Of a DNA stretch of 64,000 bases, positions 37,079-48,814 are shown piece after piece (positions within the stretch are counted from its first letter, which is position 1; each line of letters starts with the position of its first letter). The stretch spans positions 15,974,386-16,038,385 of the forward strand of contig NC_069004.1 of the NCBI RefSeq assembly GCF_001194135.2. The letters are read 5' to 3'. The notes beneath the pieces are model-generated. The model made no database searches. It was not told the origin of the DNA and saw nothing but the letters and a program-made list of their open reading frames with translations. The DNA is from Octopus bimaculoides (Eukaryota). A program made the translations under genes and the position numbers.

Positions 37079-38256
37079 ATGAGAATTATATCAGAGAAGC
37101 AGGATCAAAACTAATCAGTGAGAGTGCACAAACAAGAAATTAGAGATTATGAACATCTAGATATTTGTGCAAATATTTCCTTCTTTCAAAGTAAAAGATG
37201 AAAATGATCAGATATGAAAGGCAAATGAAGAATACTTTGTAAGAATTCTAAATTTGAAGCTGAACTGGAAATAGTCAACATCATTACTAAAAACCACTTC
37301 TACATACATTAGCCCTGAACACATGTGTTTGAAAAGTTGAACAATGAGAGCATTTACAAACAATACACACAATACAAAAACTTGCCAAAAGAATCTTTAT
37401 TTAATTGTTAATAACATTTAAGAAAATTTTTCTTTAAACACACACACACACACACACACAAGTGAATTGACAAATGAAAGACAGTGGCATTCAACACATT
37501 TGGTCAGAGTTACATATATTAATTATTTAATGAGTTTGAATTTTTCTGGTCAGGAAGCTAGAGCAGAGTATAGGGGTTTGAAACAAATTCAAGGTAGCTT
37601 CTAGATCTTATGCCTCTATTGGTCATTTTAGGTCATATGGTGTCACTGGTCTGAAAGTTACAACCGTTCTTTTCTTTATTCTTAAGTTCACATACTCGGA
37701 CAAGATGTTGGCAGGTAGTTGTCACCGCTATATCTGGTAGTTGCAGTATGCATGTTAAGCAGTGTTGTGAAATAAACAAACTTTTCAATCAGTTCAAATA
37801 TGTTTAGGAAATATTTGACCTCCAAAACAGCCATTTTCACTGCAATTCGCCATGAAGAAATATTCCCTCTTTAGGCAAAAGGTTTCATAACATCAAAGCC
37901 ATTGTGGACTAATATATGCATTTCAAGCTATTTATGCTCATCAGTATTAGATACTGTATTTTGTTTTTGTGTTTTTTGTTTTTCTTTTTTCTCAGCAGTG
38001 TTCTTTTTTATATGTTTTTAATAGAGGTATGACAGCATTTATGACCCACCAAACATTAAACTCTGCTAATCTCAGTTTACATAGATGACAACAGATTTGA
38101 TTGCTACTTTAGAGTCGAGTTGAGCAATAAATCATGCCTCTAGCTGTTGAAACAGCTACTTCAACAACTTAAAACTCCTCTTTCACATTATTGCCATTTG
38201 TTAAAACAATAGTACTGGCTGTGATGTATAAAAATCAGGCTTCAGACACACTGAAT

Positions 38257-39237
38257 TTAAGGTATAATTAATTCATAAGTATCCCCCTTTACACTGTGTT
38301 TCTTGCCAGATACACCCCCATGTACAATTATTTTGTCATTATAGCAACAGCATATATGTCCTTTAAGAGAAACAAGACTAATCCCAACTTTGTAGAAATT
38401 TAAACTTTTTGCTGCAATAAGCACATACATCTCCCCTGAAGGTATGTTTAGAGCAGAATCAAAAGTTTCCCCTCCATGAATGAATATAACTCCATGACCT
38501 CCAACACCAGCATGATGCTTCCTACCTGATGGATATTTTGACATTGGCACAAGTTTCTCACAAAAATCTTTTAATTTCTTGGCAATTGAACTTGTTAGTT
38601 GTGGATAAGACTTTACACCAGCCACCGTCTCAATGAAATTGTCTTTGCGGCCACCAATCAAATATGTCCAACGACCATCACCATTGCACGTGTGGCCTGA
38701 ACGTGAAGCAACCCCATATGTTAGCAAAGAATAGGAAAAGTACCCTTTCACAGGGTCACCAGCTAAGATATAAGCACTGTTGTGTTTACGTTGTGAATGA
38801 AGATGACCCTCTCGACCAACAACTAAAATGTTGTTATTTTCACATAAGATACTTGAGTGAGAACTCAAACCAGCCTCTTTCGGGTAACCAGAATGTTTCA
38901 TTTCAGTCCATTGCATTGTTTCAGTATCAAAGCAATAAAGATCTGCTGATCGTAACTTGCCATTCCATCCTCCTATAAGGAGCATGTAGCGTTCATGTAA
39001 GACAATGGAGGTGTGGTGGCTTAAAGATGGACTACCAGGTGATTGTATTTCATTCCAAATATTTCTTCTTAAATCTAAATAATAGAAGCCATTAACCGGC
39101 ATGTTAACATTTTCAACAGCCAAACCACCATGAACATAGAGCCTATCTCCAACAATACAGGCTGTATGAAAGACAACTGCAGGTCCATGTGCAGATATTA
39201 GGGTCCAGTCAATAGTAGAAGAAGAAGCTTTAGCCAT
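38257..39237 (-). CDS. KLHDC9: Kelch domain-containing protein, KLHDC9-like (326 aa, single coding exon)
   Basis: Intact ORF. Motifs recalled from KLHDC9: SHH..IGGWNG..FDTE..W, AGLSSH, VGREG..H.QR, ASRSGH, RKHH, HGGET. The start is placed at MAKASS (39237) because a splice acceptor precedes it. Confidence 0.85.
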   Translation of the reverse strand: MAKASSSTIDWTLISAHGPAVVFHTACIVGDRLYVHGGLAVENVNMPVNGFYYLDLRRNIWNEIQSPGSPSLSHHTSIVLHERYMLLIGGWNGKLRSADLYCFDTETMQWTEMKHSGYPKEAGLSSHSSILCENNNILVVGREGHLHSQRKHNSAYILAGDPVKGYFSYSLLTYGVASRSGHTCNGDGRWTYLIGGRKDNFIETVAGVKSYPQLTSSIAKKLKDFCEKLVPMSKYPSGRKHHAGVGGHGVIFIHGGETFDSALNIPSGEMYVLIAAKSLNFYKVGISLVSLKGHICCCYNDKIIVHGGVSGKKHSVKGDTYELIIP

Positions 39238-39258
39238 TTTGATTAGATGTGTTTTGAT

Positions 39259-39275
39259 CTGAAAATAATAAATTT
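39259..39275 (-). other. Splice acceptor of a 5'-UTR intron of the KLHDC9-like gene
   Basis: Minus strand reads TTTATTATTTTCAG|ATCAAAAC, 21 nt before the ATG. The upstream exon was not located. Confidence 0.55.
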
Positions 39276-42200
39276 GGTATATATTAAATAAACTGGAAAA
39301 TTTCAGTTGATTACGGCACAACATTTATATTGTAAAAATACAGTAATTTAATAAACAATATTTGATGATTTTATAAGGCACACTTTTTTCCCTAAAAATG
39401 TGTCATTACTCTCAAGTTGTGGTTCAGATTCTACAGTACCCTGTAATATAGATTGCAAACATCTCTCTTACAAAACTGTTTCTTGCAGTTATTAGTATTT
39501 TCTAAAGTAATAATATACGTCAATAGTATTTACTTAAGATGAAATAACACCAGTCAAGAAAAAAAGTGACAACATCTGAGCTTACACATAAACTAAACTT
39601 GATGCCCCTCATCAGTTCCACTATGCTTCATTAATTTGAAGCTAGTCATCAATGAAGTTAGGCACTTCCATTAATCTTTTAACTTACAACACAAGATACA
39701 TTTAGTTGAAACATACAAACAATCTATTGTTGGTTGAACAGTCACTCAAGTTTTAAATTTTCAGATAATCATTTTCCAAATAATGGAACTACAAAGTTGA
39801 CATATTTCCGTAATTGTTATGTTACAATCAATGCAATTTACCAAAGAAAATGGTAACAGAGCTACTGGAAGTCAATTTGGTTTACCTCCAACTGAGAATA
39901 TGAGTGTGTGATTGACAAAAGTAGAGGAACAACTTCAACAAAATGAAATCAAAGGACAACCGTCATACAAAAATTTAAATGAATGAAACTGGAATAGATG
40001 AAGATTCAATTTATACATCAAGAAACTAAGGTTTAATAGTAACAACTAAATAATTTTTTTTAAGTGCAATTAAAAAGACAGATATAAGGATGCTTTTTTC
40101 TGGTAGTGAGGGCTGGTATTACAGATTTGTAAAAGAGGAATGGATTAACAGTACAAACTAGAAAGAATGTAGTACAAGAATGCTTGTAAAATATGAGAAC
40201 AAAATCCATGAGTTTTACAGACATGTTCTAAATCCCCAGAAAAGAATATATTTTTGAAATTTGACAGATTGCAAATATGGATGACACTGACATCTGATGT
40301 ACTCTCTTATAAAACAGTTGACTGTAAGGATTCTAAGACTGACCATTAAAATGCTTAGTTTCAAGAAAACTCATTATATGACAGAATTGACTTGTACTGA
40401 TAGTACCAAATTACTACTTTTACTAATAAAGAGGGAAACATAACCAAAACAAATCTTTTCTGCAGATATTTTATATTTTTGTTTACTTCAAGTGCTGGAT
40501 GGATGGTTGAGAATGTTACAGGACTGTGGCGTAAAAAGTCTAAAGCATTCTGATAAACTCCTCATAAAATCATAATTTCTTCTGTGACATCAACTGAGGG
40601 CACAATGCTATGGATGTCATTTTAATCAGTTACAATTTCTGACTTACTACATTGTTATCACTCACTTAACTGTCTGTCATTCTTCTATGTTGTTGGGCCT
40701 ACTGAAGAATATTCACTTCAATTCCTTATAACTAGCTACATGATTATTTGTATATGTGGTCATACAGCTAGCTATGTACCAATTTGTCCATTATACCACA
40801 CCAGCAAGGTAGCTTTTTAACTGTCTACATATCTAGTGAGTTAGTTAGTTACCTGAGAGAAATAGTAAGAAACTAGTGATGGTGTCTATCAGCAAGTAGT
40901 GACTACAAACAGTTCACAAAGTAGAATTGTTAATTCCTTGCAAGAAACTAATTTATTTTCTATTTTGCAAATTGTCTGTATTTGTTTATAAATCTATCCA
41001 ACCAGCTAGCTACTTCGCAATCTGTTCTGCTACCCTTTCGAGATGGCCGTTAGTCATTTTAACATATCAAGTCAATTCTGATGCTATGTTTTCTAGGTAT
41101 TTTTTGGTTGTCGCACCCCCATTAAAAATTTGGCATTAAAAAACTAGGTTATCTTCCCACTAAAAAATTAAGTTTATGTGACGACAAAAGATTGGATTAA
41201 ATATGTTGTTAATGTTTGGCCTCCTCAATAGGAATGGTATAATTTGTTATAAAAATGTTATCAGATTTAGTGAGATGTTTAATTATTTCAGTTTTCATGT
41301 TTATTAATCTTTTCAGTTTTGTGTGATTTGGTATTAAAATATTATCAGATTCAATACGAGGTTTCATTGTTTCACTTTTTTTCTCTTTTTCTATTAACGG
41401 TTAAACAATCTTTTGGTTGGAGCATATAACCAAAAGTACCGATATTTCTCATAAAACGTGGGGAGATAACCCAATATTTTAATGGGGTGAGATAACCAAA
41501 AAGTACAGTTTTTCTACGTTTTATGAAAGGTCACCTGCTGGTATCGAGAGGTTTTGCTAATTCCAAGGGAGATAAGTCTAAGTGACCCAATCGGAGGACA
41601 ATAACAGTTTCTTAGCGAAATATGCAATAACGTTCGTGGAATTTTAAATAAGTGGAAACTTGAGGTTTTCACACATTTACTTCAGCAGCGTGGGTTGAAA
41701 CATTTCCAGTTTCAGAATCACGGATGTCACATCACAAAAGTGCAACGTTCTTCCTTCCAAAAAGAAAAAAAATGTCAAATAATTTCCTCTTGATTAGGTA
41801 CATGCTTTCTAAAGAAGAGAAAGATGACATTATTTCATTTATACGTTACTTTGCCTTTCCCAATGATGTTGACAGCTTTATAGTATCTGAAATGGGAAAA
41901 ATTGAGTTCCGTAGAATAAGAGTCGAACTTACAGATAGCTGCATAAGTACAGATTGGTGTCCACCGCCAAGTGTGTTTCTTCATAACTTTCCGAAAAATG
42001 CATTCTTTGGTGAAATTTTTACAAAAATACGTTTTTGATTGTTTCAGATATATAAATCTGAAAAAGAAAAAAGGTAAAAATACTAAAATGACGGAAATTG
42101 TTGGTACCAAACGGAGGGAAAAGGATCTAAATTTCCTTCAAAAAATCTTTTTCATTTTATTAAGATAATCGTAATCTAGGTCCTTGAAAAGCCATCTTTG

Positions 42201-43300
42201 TATAAGTTTCGTTTAAAAACATGTATTTTTCAGAAACTTATGAGGAAACAAAGTTAGCGTAGTCATTCATAAATATTCAGGCTTTCTCTCATTCAATAGT
42301 AATCAATATGTATATCTAAAATTGATTCCCTAAACAAAGAACGACAATTGTTATCAATATTTATGAGAAAGAGATCTGTTTAGTTCGGATTTGTCACTCG
42401 ATAATGATTGACGAGTCGAAAAAGAAACATAAATAACAGTACTGTTACTAATCAAGCGAAGAAACAGAATTAAAGACAAATCGTTTATGTAAAGTTATCA
42501 AAATCAGTTGTTAAAATCAGTGCCGATCGGAAAATGAGTGAGTTTTAAAGAAAATAAATCACAAAGAATATATAAATTTTTTAATTTCGATTTCCCTCAT
42601 AACTTTCAGGAAAAGGGATATTTTTGTTTTCATATTCGTTTTCAACACATTTTTTTTACACCTAGCAGGCTTTGTTTTTTTAATTTTTTTTCGTGACCGG
42701 AACTTAAACTATATATTTACCCGATTTATGATATTCACTACATTCAATGTTTTGTCTCGCTGTGAAATTAAACCCCATAAGGGTATTTTCGATAGCTTAC
42801 ACAAACATTGTACCATGTTATTTAATAATTCATCAGAATTCATTCCCTAACCTCGAAGGTATTAGTATAACGTGGGATACTTATTCAAATGTAAACAAGA
42901 AAAGTGGCTTGACAAACCAGTTTAATCTTTCCGTTCAGACTCCGCTAGTTTCGACTCTGCTTTCACAAAACAGACCCCACCACCAACTATGATCCATAAA
43001 ATAAGTATCAATGATATAATATACGGTTCCAACGATTATATCCTACTCCTCAAATACGTCAGCATAATTTGTATCACTGAGTAATTACTTCTACCGTATT
43101 CCAAACAGACCTTCGTTTTATTGTAATTAATCATCGAAAGTGGTTCTTTCTTTTTTTCAGATTTTTCTTTAAGTTTTGCTTCAATTTTTTTTATTTGTCA
43201 TTTATAAGGATATAAAAAGGTAGTCTGCAAGCGAAAAGTGTCAACCAAACCATCCACTGAAAATAAATAAGTTTATAAATACCGCACAACAGACATCTTG

Positions 43301-43331
43301 GTTGCTAGGGAATACATTACGTCACTTCCTG
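43301..43331. promoter_or_regulatory. RFX X-box + CRE half-site + ETS motif cluster
   Basis: GTTGCTAGGGAATAC (revcomp ends in a perfect RGYAAC half-site), TTACGTCA at 43317-43324 and CACTTCCTG at 43323-43331, about 250-270 bp upstream of the TUBE1 ATG. Confidence 0.6.
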
Positions 43332-43572
43332 TTACTATTAGTCGCCTTTCTGTCCGCCAAACTTGAATGTTTTTTTCTAAATTTAACACTTCTGAAATAA
43401 TTATTGAAGTATCACCGAACACTTACTGAAGTACGGAACAGTATTTGAGTATTACAGAAATATTACCTGAATATAGTATTATTGAGCTTTACTGATATTA
43501 CAGAAGTGTCACAGTTTTCTTCTTGTGCAATCTCTATGTTTTAGTAGTTTGTTAAAAAGAAAAAAAAACTCT

Positions 43573-43597
43573 ATGACACAATCCGTTATTATACAAG
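43573..43597 (+). CDS. TUBE1: Epsilon-tubulin exon 1
   Basis: ATG ACA CAA TCC GTT ATT ATA CAA G|GTGAGT encodes MTQSVIIQ (human MTQSVVVQ). It has a consensus donor and joins exon 2 in frame. Confidence 0.85.
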
Positions 43598-44249
43598 GTG
43601 AGTTTACAGTCTTACTAATTTATTAATTCGACGGATAGCGACTGACAAAAATGCATTACACTTCTGAGTTCAAATCTTACCCTAGTTGACTCTGTTTTTT
43701 GTCTTAAAAACTTCCAGAGTTGATAATATTAAGGTACCAGTCTAGTAGAGATTGATACGGTCGATTATATTCCCTCCCACTCCTAGATATGTGACCTAAT
43801 ACCCTGTTTGTAATTGACGAGGAGGCCTCATAGAGAAATTTTGGAAGGCATAACACGACATCGGTATTTCTATATAATACAGTGGAAATTATCTTGTACA
43901 CAAAAACCGTAATTTCCTCAGATCTGTTTGTTTCAGGCACCGTAGAGCGTGATTCAGAGGAGGTGGGGGTTGGGTCGGATGTTGGGGGGGCGGTGTCGCC
44001 TTTCACCTTTTCCATAATGTTTCAGTCTGACTTTTGAAATTATTTATCTATTAATATTTTTTTTCTTAATTTACTTTAAGAAGTTAGGCATGTTACGAGA
44101 ATCATCGTGGGTTCAAAAGAAACTGGCATGGTTTCGTTCGGTATACGCATCACCATTTTAAAATCAGCTGATTTGTCGAGACCTTCGGCAATTTACGAGG
44201 AAAAAAATCTTTTTTTTTTTTTTTTTTNNNNNNNNNNTTTTTTTTTTTT

Positions 44250-44815
44250 TTTTCATGTACTCATGTCGACATTGTTTTTAATCTGTTCGAATGCTGAACA
44301 AATACACACACACACACTCTCTTTCCCTTCTCCCTCACACATACACATAACGCATAAATACACACATCCTTTTTGTGTTTTTATGATTCGCTTATGTTTA
44401 TGTATTGTTTTCTTTATTTTATTGTTTTTATTTATATTTTATCAGTTTTCAAAGTTTCCCATACACATTCTCCATACTCCCCTCTCTACCAGTTAGTAGG
44501 TGGGGTTCGTTCCTCACTTACATCACCAATTATTTTTTCCTCAATCATTTTTGTTTTTACCGTTCGATCACTGTATAAATTGGTGCCATGAGTGAGGAAC
44601 GAACCCCAGCTACTGACCGGTAGAGAAGGGAGGTCAGGAGAGAGTGTGTGCGAAACTTTTAAGAAATAGAAGGGAAAAAAACTATCTAAAAAACAGATGA
44701 AAAAATCAAATACACGAATCGTAAAAAAAATGCTTAAACATAAGTTAATCATAAAAACATACAAAAATGGATATATACCTGTATTTATGTGCGTATGAGA
44801 GAGTGCAGTGTTGCG
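44250..44815. repeat. Head-to-head inverted pair of a short element; the left copy ends at a poly(A/T) tract
   Basis: About 44325-44518 is the reverse complement of about 44590-44800 (ggggttcgttcctcact / agtgaggaacgaacccc), with a spacer of about 70 nt. Confidence 0.75.
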
Positions 44816-46257
44816 TCTCTGAACACTACCCAGCCCTCTTTCGCACCCGTTGTACCAGGGTCGAATTGACTCAACTTGCTGTCCAGGTCCTTGCTGGGGT
44901 TCTGTTTCACATTGTGCCATTCCAATTTGTTGATGTTTAGTTGTTTGGCCAGCTTTCTTTGTGGTTGCTGCCTTGGCTGAATGTGCATGTTGAGTTTTGC
45001 AAGGATGAGTTTGTGATCTGACCAACACAGCCTAACATCCTGCCTGTCCCATCTCCTGACTATGATGTAGAGAATTAAATGCCAATGTTTGCTGTGTAGA
45101 TATATCCAGGATGTCCTCTTGTGGTTGGTTAGACGAAACATTGTGTCGGTGATCAGCAGGTCATTTGCTGCACAAGTCTTCAGCAGTAGATAACTGTTGC
45201 TCTTGCCAACTCCATTTCTCCCAGTGGTTCCCTCTTATGTCTGATAGTCTGTACCAACTCTTGTGTTGAAGTCACCAAGAACAATGAGGTTGTCTTCCTT
45301 AAGTGCAGCTACTATGAGGGTTTCTAAGTCTTCATGAAATTTGTCTTTGACATCCTCAGTGTCAGTCATGGTGGGGGAGTAAGAACTGGTGATGGTAGCA
45401 TGGCACTTTCCTCTGAGGGGAAGCCACACAGACATCAGTTGGTCCTTTCAGTCATGGTTAGCTTGCTGATCAGATTAGGCTTTCACTCATCTGGGCCAGA
45501 GCACATGTAAACACCAAAACTGGTTCAATAATAATGATGAGGAAATTCAGAAGCTGCTCAATGAGAAGCATGAAGCATACAGAATCTCTCAGCAAGAGAG
45601 CACATCAGCCTCCAAGAAAGCAGCCTACAATGCCACCAAAAGCAAAGTGCAGGTAAAGCTCAGGGAGATGATGGATTCCTGGCTCAGCAATAAGGCAGAT
45701 GAGATACAGCAACAATTCCAAGCACTTCTACAATGACCTGAAAGCCATCAACAGGAACATCACCACTGCTCAGTGCTGATGGGACCACTCTCTTCACTGA
45801 CAAAAACATAATCCAGGAAAGATGGGCAGAGTACTTCAACAATGTCCTGAACAGGCTTTCTTATTAACACTGAAGCCATTGCTTGCATACCCCAAGTTGA
45901 CATCAACATTTCTCTGGCAGAGCCTCTAATGAAAGCAGAGATCCTGAAAACAATTAAGCTTCTCTCAAATGGCAAGGCACCAAACTCTGACGCGATCCCA
46001 GAAAAATATACAAAGTAGTGGGACCAGTCTTGGCACAGAAGCTCGCCAATCTCTTTCAGACCATGTGGCAACAGAAAGTTGTTCTTTGGGAGCACAAGGA
46101 TGCTTCTGATGTCCATCTCTACAAGAAAAAGGGACACAGGCAGTCATGTGACAGGCACTGAGGAATTTCTCTCCTTGTTATCACTGGCAAGATACTTGCA
46201 AGAGTCCACCTTAAGCACCTTGCTCAACACATGGAAAGGAGGCATCTGCCAGAGAGT
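44800..46257 (+). mobile_element. RTE-BovB-like LINE with inverted 5' segment
   Basis: Minus 45478-44800 is AP endonuclease (LIVLGDFNTRVG, SDH) ending WVVFRDATLHS. Plus from 45479 continues AFTHLGQSTCKHQNWF...GKAPNSDAIP..LPESQ. Confidence 0.88.
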
Positions 46258-46425
46258 CAGTGACCTGAATAATAATAACAGCATTGAAAAATACCTTAGG
46301 AATGAGAACCCAGGTTCAAAATTTCCCCAAGACACCTGATGAAGGCTGGAGGGTATATTAGCCGAAATGTTGTGTTAACAACAAACAAAATGAGGACAAA
46401 TATCCATCAAATGTAAATAATGATC
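46258..46425 (+). mobile_element. Third copy of the hammerhead-bearing retroposon
   Basis: gtgacctgaataataat...taggaatgagaacccaggttc..ccccaaGACAC CTGATGA A GGCTG..TAGCC GAAA T GTT GTGTT (46331-46376), then the same tail. Confidence 0.85.
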
Positions 46426-46483
46426 ACATACCTGAATCGAACAAGGGATAAATGAAATTACCAGTCTTTGACTATATATTTTT

Positions 46484-46597
46484 ATAGTGCAAGAACTATT
46501 TGCTGGTACACCACGGCAATGCACACATGAAATTTGTCACTGAATTTATTCTTATGTGTGCATCTCTATGGCATACCAGTAAATAGTTCTTTCACTA
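46484..46597. repeat. Small foldback element (about 115 bp)
   Basis: atagtgcaagaactatttgctggta...tgcacacat pairs with atgtgtgcat...taccagtaaatagttctttcactat. TA-rich flanks. Confidence 0.75.
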
Positions 46598-47418
46598 TTT
46601 ATATATAATCATAGACTGGCAATTTGATTATTTGTCCCTAGTTTAATTCACGTAGATGATGTTGATAAGCCAAAAAAAATGGCAAAATATTAGTATCCTT
46701 CACTCTTGAATTCAATGTGAGGCGAGTTGTCTTGCCTGTCTGTGATTATGATTTTCAGGTGTTTAACACCCGACCTTATAAGGGAATTATTCCTCAAGTG
46801 TTATACCCCAGCAAATTGGCAAACAAGCAAAACATACTATTTTTAATTCGTTATTGAATATATATGTATGTATCTATATCTGTGTATTTATATATACATA
46901 TCAGAAGCAACTCCACATCATCATCATCACTCAAGCTCATCACAGATTTCACATAAGACACATGCCTGCTTGAAGAATTTCATGTTTTTCCACTTTATTT
47001 CTAGCCCCAAATGACTTTTTTTTTTTATATCTTGCACTATGTCTTTCTCCATTTTTAAGTTAAGGATAAAAATAAAGCAGCCCTGCAAAACACAACTGAT
47101 CTTTACACACAGACATACAGAGTAACAGCAATCAAATAACAACAGTGGAGTGCACAACGAATAGCGATCTGTATTCTTGACAAGAGATACCAGTTAGTCT
47201 TTTACACCTACCAGGCTCATTCATATTAGCCCGAGTTGCTGGATAATTTTTCGTTCCTTTAAGAATATTGTAGAATGGAAACTTTTCATAGATTGGAATT
47301 TAAATCTTAATCTCTTTAGAAATTTATTATTTCAAGAAAACATTAAATTTGAATTACTTTTAATTTTTACGATTATAGATAAGAACTCGGGCTGTAACTT
47401 CTGAGCCCAAGTTAGGCG

Positions 47419-47700
47419 CGTTTGAACAATGTTGAGAGAAAGTCTGCTACGAATGATATTTTTTGACACTGCGAAAAGGGATTACCCTGCTATGTATAAT
47501 CAGGACAGCGCAAAAAGTTGTTTGGCACAAGCATTTGTATAGCCAATTAGATGGATGAAATTTACGTACGCTTAATAATGTTACACAAAACAGCCTTCAA
47601 ACTTTCCCTATTAATTTCATCATCTTTTGAATTATGAACATATTTACATCATAAGGGTTTTTTCATTCGTAGCAGACTTTCTCTCAACATTGTTCAAACG
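47419..47700. mobile_element. MITE-like element with perfect 38-bp TIR
   Basis: CGTTTGAACAATGTTGAGAGAAAGTCTGCTACGAATGA at 47419-47456, with its exact reverse complement at 47663-47700. No TSD found. Confidence 0.8.
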
Positions 47701-47994
47701 TGATGAAGCAATTGCTGGTGATCAGTTGCTACACAGTTTTGCCAGAATTCTATCAGATTGGGCAGAAGATGTTGGTGCACCATTTTTCATTATGTTCAAA
47801 GTAGCTACTGGAATGTGGTGAATTGCTGCAGTCTGTTGCTGTCATTTTAAACCGGTTGCTTTCTTTCCCCAGCAAACTCTCTTCTTTGGAGGCATAATCT
47901 ATGTATATATTAAACAGAACAACAAAAGTTATAATATATGGGAGGGTTGGTAGTTTTCACATTTCTGTAATTTTTCAGATTAACACCTGCACGA

Positions 47995-48165
47995 TTACCC
48001 AACCCTAAAACCCTAACCCAACCCTAACCCCTAATCCTAACCCTAAAACCCTGACCCTAAAACCGTAACCGTAACACTAACCCTAATTGTAACCGTAACC
48101 CTAAACCCTAACTCTAACCGTAACCCTAAAACCCTAACCCTGACCCTAAAACCCCTACCCTAACA
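47995..48165. repeat. Degenerate interstitial (TAACCC)n telomere-like array
   Basis: About 25 units with TAAAACCC, TGACCC and GTAACC variants. Confidence 0.9.
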
Positions 48166-48814
48166 CCCTCGTGAAAATTATGGTATATTTACCAAACATT
48201 GATGAACATGAGTTATATTGTAGTCAATCATTGTGTGTAAGTGCGCGTGTATGCGTTTGAGAGAGGGAGAGAGAGGAGGAGAAAGGAATAGAGAACGGAA
48301 GCAATGAAGAGAGAGGAAGGGAGAACGGAAGACAGTTATAAAATAGCAATGCGTGCGCGTGTTTATATAAGAAACACACACAAAGTAAATCTTATATCTA
48401 TAATGTGTATGTATATTTATGCGTATGTTGTTGTCACAGATCAGGTATGCGTGATTGTGTGTGTTTTTACGTATCTATGTTATGAAAAATAGGTAAAAAA
48501 TACTAAGAGGAAAGTTTAATCTATGACTTTGTATGTATCACTCTCTCTCTCTCTCTCCCTCCCTCTCTTACTCTCTATATTATATGTTGAGCGCGTGATC
48601 GATTTGTAAGAACGCTGGTACAGGTAGAAGGGAAGAAATATAAAAGTTGCTAGAAACCACAGCCAAATCTCCCTTAAATCACACAAAGTAAACGGAATTT
48701 AAAAAATCTAATTTACTGCACTGGAAAGTTCACATCGAGAAAATTCCATTGATGTAAGAATTTTTAAGAAAAAGTGGAAAATGTGGATTTCTATAAACTT
48801 TTAAAAAGGCTTCA

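Noticed and set aside
39238-39324. 29-aa N-terminal extension of the kelch ORF (MLCRNQLK...)
   Set aside because: It starts at a non-ATG codon, is AT-rich and intron-like, and contains a strong splice acceptor at 39259-39260. The ATG at 39237 is preferred.
41088-42700. Degenerate inverted repeats (41088-41160 vs 41452-41517; about 42230 vs 42590)
   Set aside because: Probably old MITEs, but boundaries and TSDs could not be fixed, so they are not listed as features.
40840-43100. Candidate upstream non-coding exons or donors for the kelch gene (for example near 40852 and 41680)
   Set aside because: Several weak sites are equally plausible and cannot be chosen without transcript data.
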